DNA of 24,000 nucleotides from Kineosporia sp. NBRC 101731 (GTDB lineage Bacteria; Actinomycetota; Actinomycetes; Actinomycetales; Kineosporiaceae): NCBI RefSeq assembly GCF_030269305.1, contig NZ_BSTC01000004.1, positions 227,963 to 251,962 of the forward strand, read 5' to 3'. Shown piece by piece: positions 22,783 to 24,000 of this stretch (position 1 is its first letter; each line of letters starts with the position of its first letter). The notes under the pieces were generated by a model. It saw only the letters and a program-made list of their open reading frames with translations, ran no database searches and was not told where the DNA came from. The position numbers and the translations under genes were made by a program.

Positions 22783-24000
22783 ATGAGCCTGCCCGACCTC
22801 AGCCAACCCGAGCAGCCGCCCATCTCGGGCCCCCTGACCGGCGGGACCTGGACCCCGGTCGGGGTTCTCGCCGCCGGCATCATGGTGGAACGGCTGCTGC
22901 ACTGCCTGCTCGTGCGCCCGGCCCGCCCCACCCCGGCCCAGGCCGAGGCCGGCGCCCAGCTGCGGGTCTTCGCCGAGGCGGCCGACCTGACCGTCTCCGC
23001 GACGGCCCCCGGCCCCGGCCACGCCCTCACCGTGTACATCGCCCCGTTCAGCGGCACCAACCTGTCCGGGCTGCTGACCACCCTGCGCGAGCCCCTGAAC
23101 CGCCTGCGCGAGGCCGGCGGCTACCAGCAGATCCGGGTCGTCACCGGCGGCGTGGCCCGCGAACGCGGTTCCGGGGCGAACCCGTTCCACGCACTCGCCG
23201 ACGCCCTGCGCGTCCCCGTCCTGGCCCCCCTCGGCACGCTCCTCCAGGTGCCGGGCAACACGCTCTTCCCGGTGGACGGCCCGGGCGCCGGCAACTGGCA
23301 GCGTTTCGCGCCCGGCCGCGTCGAACCGGTCCTGGTCGGCCCCTGGCACTTCACCGCGTCCTGGGGCTCCACGCTGCCCCTGCCCGCGCCGCGCACCGGG
23401 GAGTCCGGACTGGACGTGCTCCCGGTACCCGCCGGGGTCGTCCTCCTGCCCCACGACGGCAACGCCTCCCCCGCCGACGACATCACCTACTCGCTGCCCC
23501 TGGACCCGCGTCACCCGCTCGTGGTGGTCGACCGGCTGGGCAGTTCCCGGGTCGAGCCCGAGCAGGTGGCCGGATACCTGCGGACGATCCCGGACCAGAC
23601 CCGGCACGCCGTGCGGGTGTGCACCGCTGCCACCGAGCCCACCCCCGATTGGGGACGCGCGGTCGCGGACGCCCTGGGTGAGCCGGTCGAGGTCCTTACC
23701 GGTCTACCCCTGCTGCGGGCCGGGGAGTACACCTCCTGTGTGCTGCGGACCGACGCCGCGGGTGGGGTCGAGGTGCTGTGGGAGCCGTTCGTCAGCCGCC
23801 TGCGCTACCCCTCCGGTGCCCCGGAGGTGGCGGCGCAGGTCACCGGCTGGCGTTCACCCGGCAGCGACCTGAGCCAGAGCACCGATCGGGTCTACCGGCT
23901 GGACGAGGACTGGGTGGTCGAGGTCCTGGCCAGCGGTCTGTGGTTGCGGCGCAGCGGGAACCACGCACGTGACGCCGCCGTCGACGCCCCGTTCGACCCG
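22783..24000 (+). CDS. Hypothetical protein, N-terminal 406 codons of a larger ORF that runs off the right edge of the window. It is not in the supplied ORF track.
   Basis: I translated it by hand from the ATG at 22783: MSLPDLSQPEQPPISGPLTGGTWTPVGVLAAGIMVERLL...VDAPFDP. There is no stop through nt 24000. G/C third-position bias is strong. The antisense track ORFs here (22645..23607 and others) are Arg/Gly/Pro-rich shadows. GAAGGA lies about 11 nt upstream. In-frame GTGs at 22717, 22684 and 22600 are alternatives but sit in non-coding-looking sequence. Confidence 0.7.
   Translation, partial: MSLPDLSQPEQPPISGPLTGGTWTPVGVLAAGIMVERLLHCLLVRPARPTPAQAEAGAQLRVFAEAADLTVSATAPGPGHALTVYIAPFSGTNLSGLLTTLREPLNRLREAGGYQQIRVVTGGVARERGSGANPFHALADALRVPVLAPLGTLLQVPGNTLFPVDGPGAGNWQRFAPGRVEPVLVGPWHFTASWGSTLPLPAPRTGESGLDVLPVPAGVVLLPHDGNASPADDITYSLPLDPRHPLVVVDRLGSSRVEPEQVAGYLRTIPDQTRHAVRVCTAATEPTPDWGRAVADALGEPVEVLTGLPLLRAGEYTSCVLRTDAAGGVEVLWEPFVSRLRYPSGAPEVAAQVTGWRSPGSDLSQSTDRVYRLDEDWVVEVLASGLWLRRSGNHARDAAVDAPFDP

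Noticed and set aside
22548-23607. Minus-strand ORFs 22645..23607 (320 aa), 22548..23081 and 23121..23486.
   Set aside because: Their products are Arg/Gly/Pro-rich. The plus-strand frame starting at 22783 is open to the window edge and has the expected G/C third-position bias.

Overview
The window is high-GC DNA (roughly 70%+ by eye), with strong G/C bias at codon third positions. Gene content suggests an actinomycete chromosome (Streptomyces-like). No database search was possible, so every family call rests on motifs I could read in the supplied translations.

Left third (1-10.7 kb): the distal end of a phage-tail-like contractile injection system (CIS/eCIS) locus.
- It starts with the 3' part of a baseplate-J gene, translationally coupled to a P2-gpI-like baseplate gene. 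That gene carries an unusual C-terminal zinc ribbon and a terminal transmembrane anchor.
- A tightly coupled four-gene minus-strand operon follows. It encodes a DUF4255 (Afp16/Pvc16-like tail terminator) protein and three paralogous bitopic membrane proteins. Each has Ig-like N-terminal domain(s), one TM helix and a carboxypeptidase-regulatory-like ectodomain. One ends in 32 uninterrupted collagen-like G-X-Y triplets.
- Next are a Tat-signal secreted repeat protein and an Afp15-like AAA+ ATPase.
- Directly upstream of the ATPase is a 301-aa protein with a cytidine-deaminase-type HAE...CxxC zinc signature. I consider it a candidate CIS payload or toxin.

The membrane-tethering gene set plus the deaminase-like gene is the most interesting, least-described part of the window.

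The remainder (10.7-24 kb) looks like ordinary actinobacterial genes:
- a small conserved hypothetical gene coupled to an MFS transporter
- a divergent EamA/DMT transporter and MocR-type regulator pair with overlapping start codons
- a lipoprotein
- a PilZ-like protein and a DUF6308-like protein
- a divergent YafY(WYL)/glyoxalase pair with a perfect inverted-repeat operator
- two adjacent non-coding tandem-repeat arrays (13 bp x ~9 and 16 bp x 5)
- a Phd/YefM-RelE/ParE toxin-antitoxin pair behind a 42-bp palindromic operator
- the furA-katG operon with a mycobacterial-type promoter/operator
- a long plus-strand ORF that runs off the right edge and is missing from the ORF track

No rRNA, tRNA, CRISPR, transposase or integrase was recognised.
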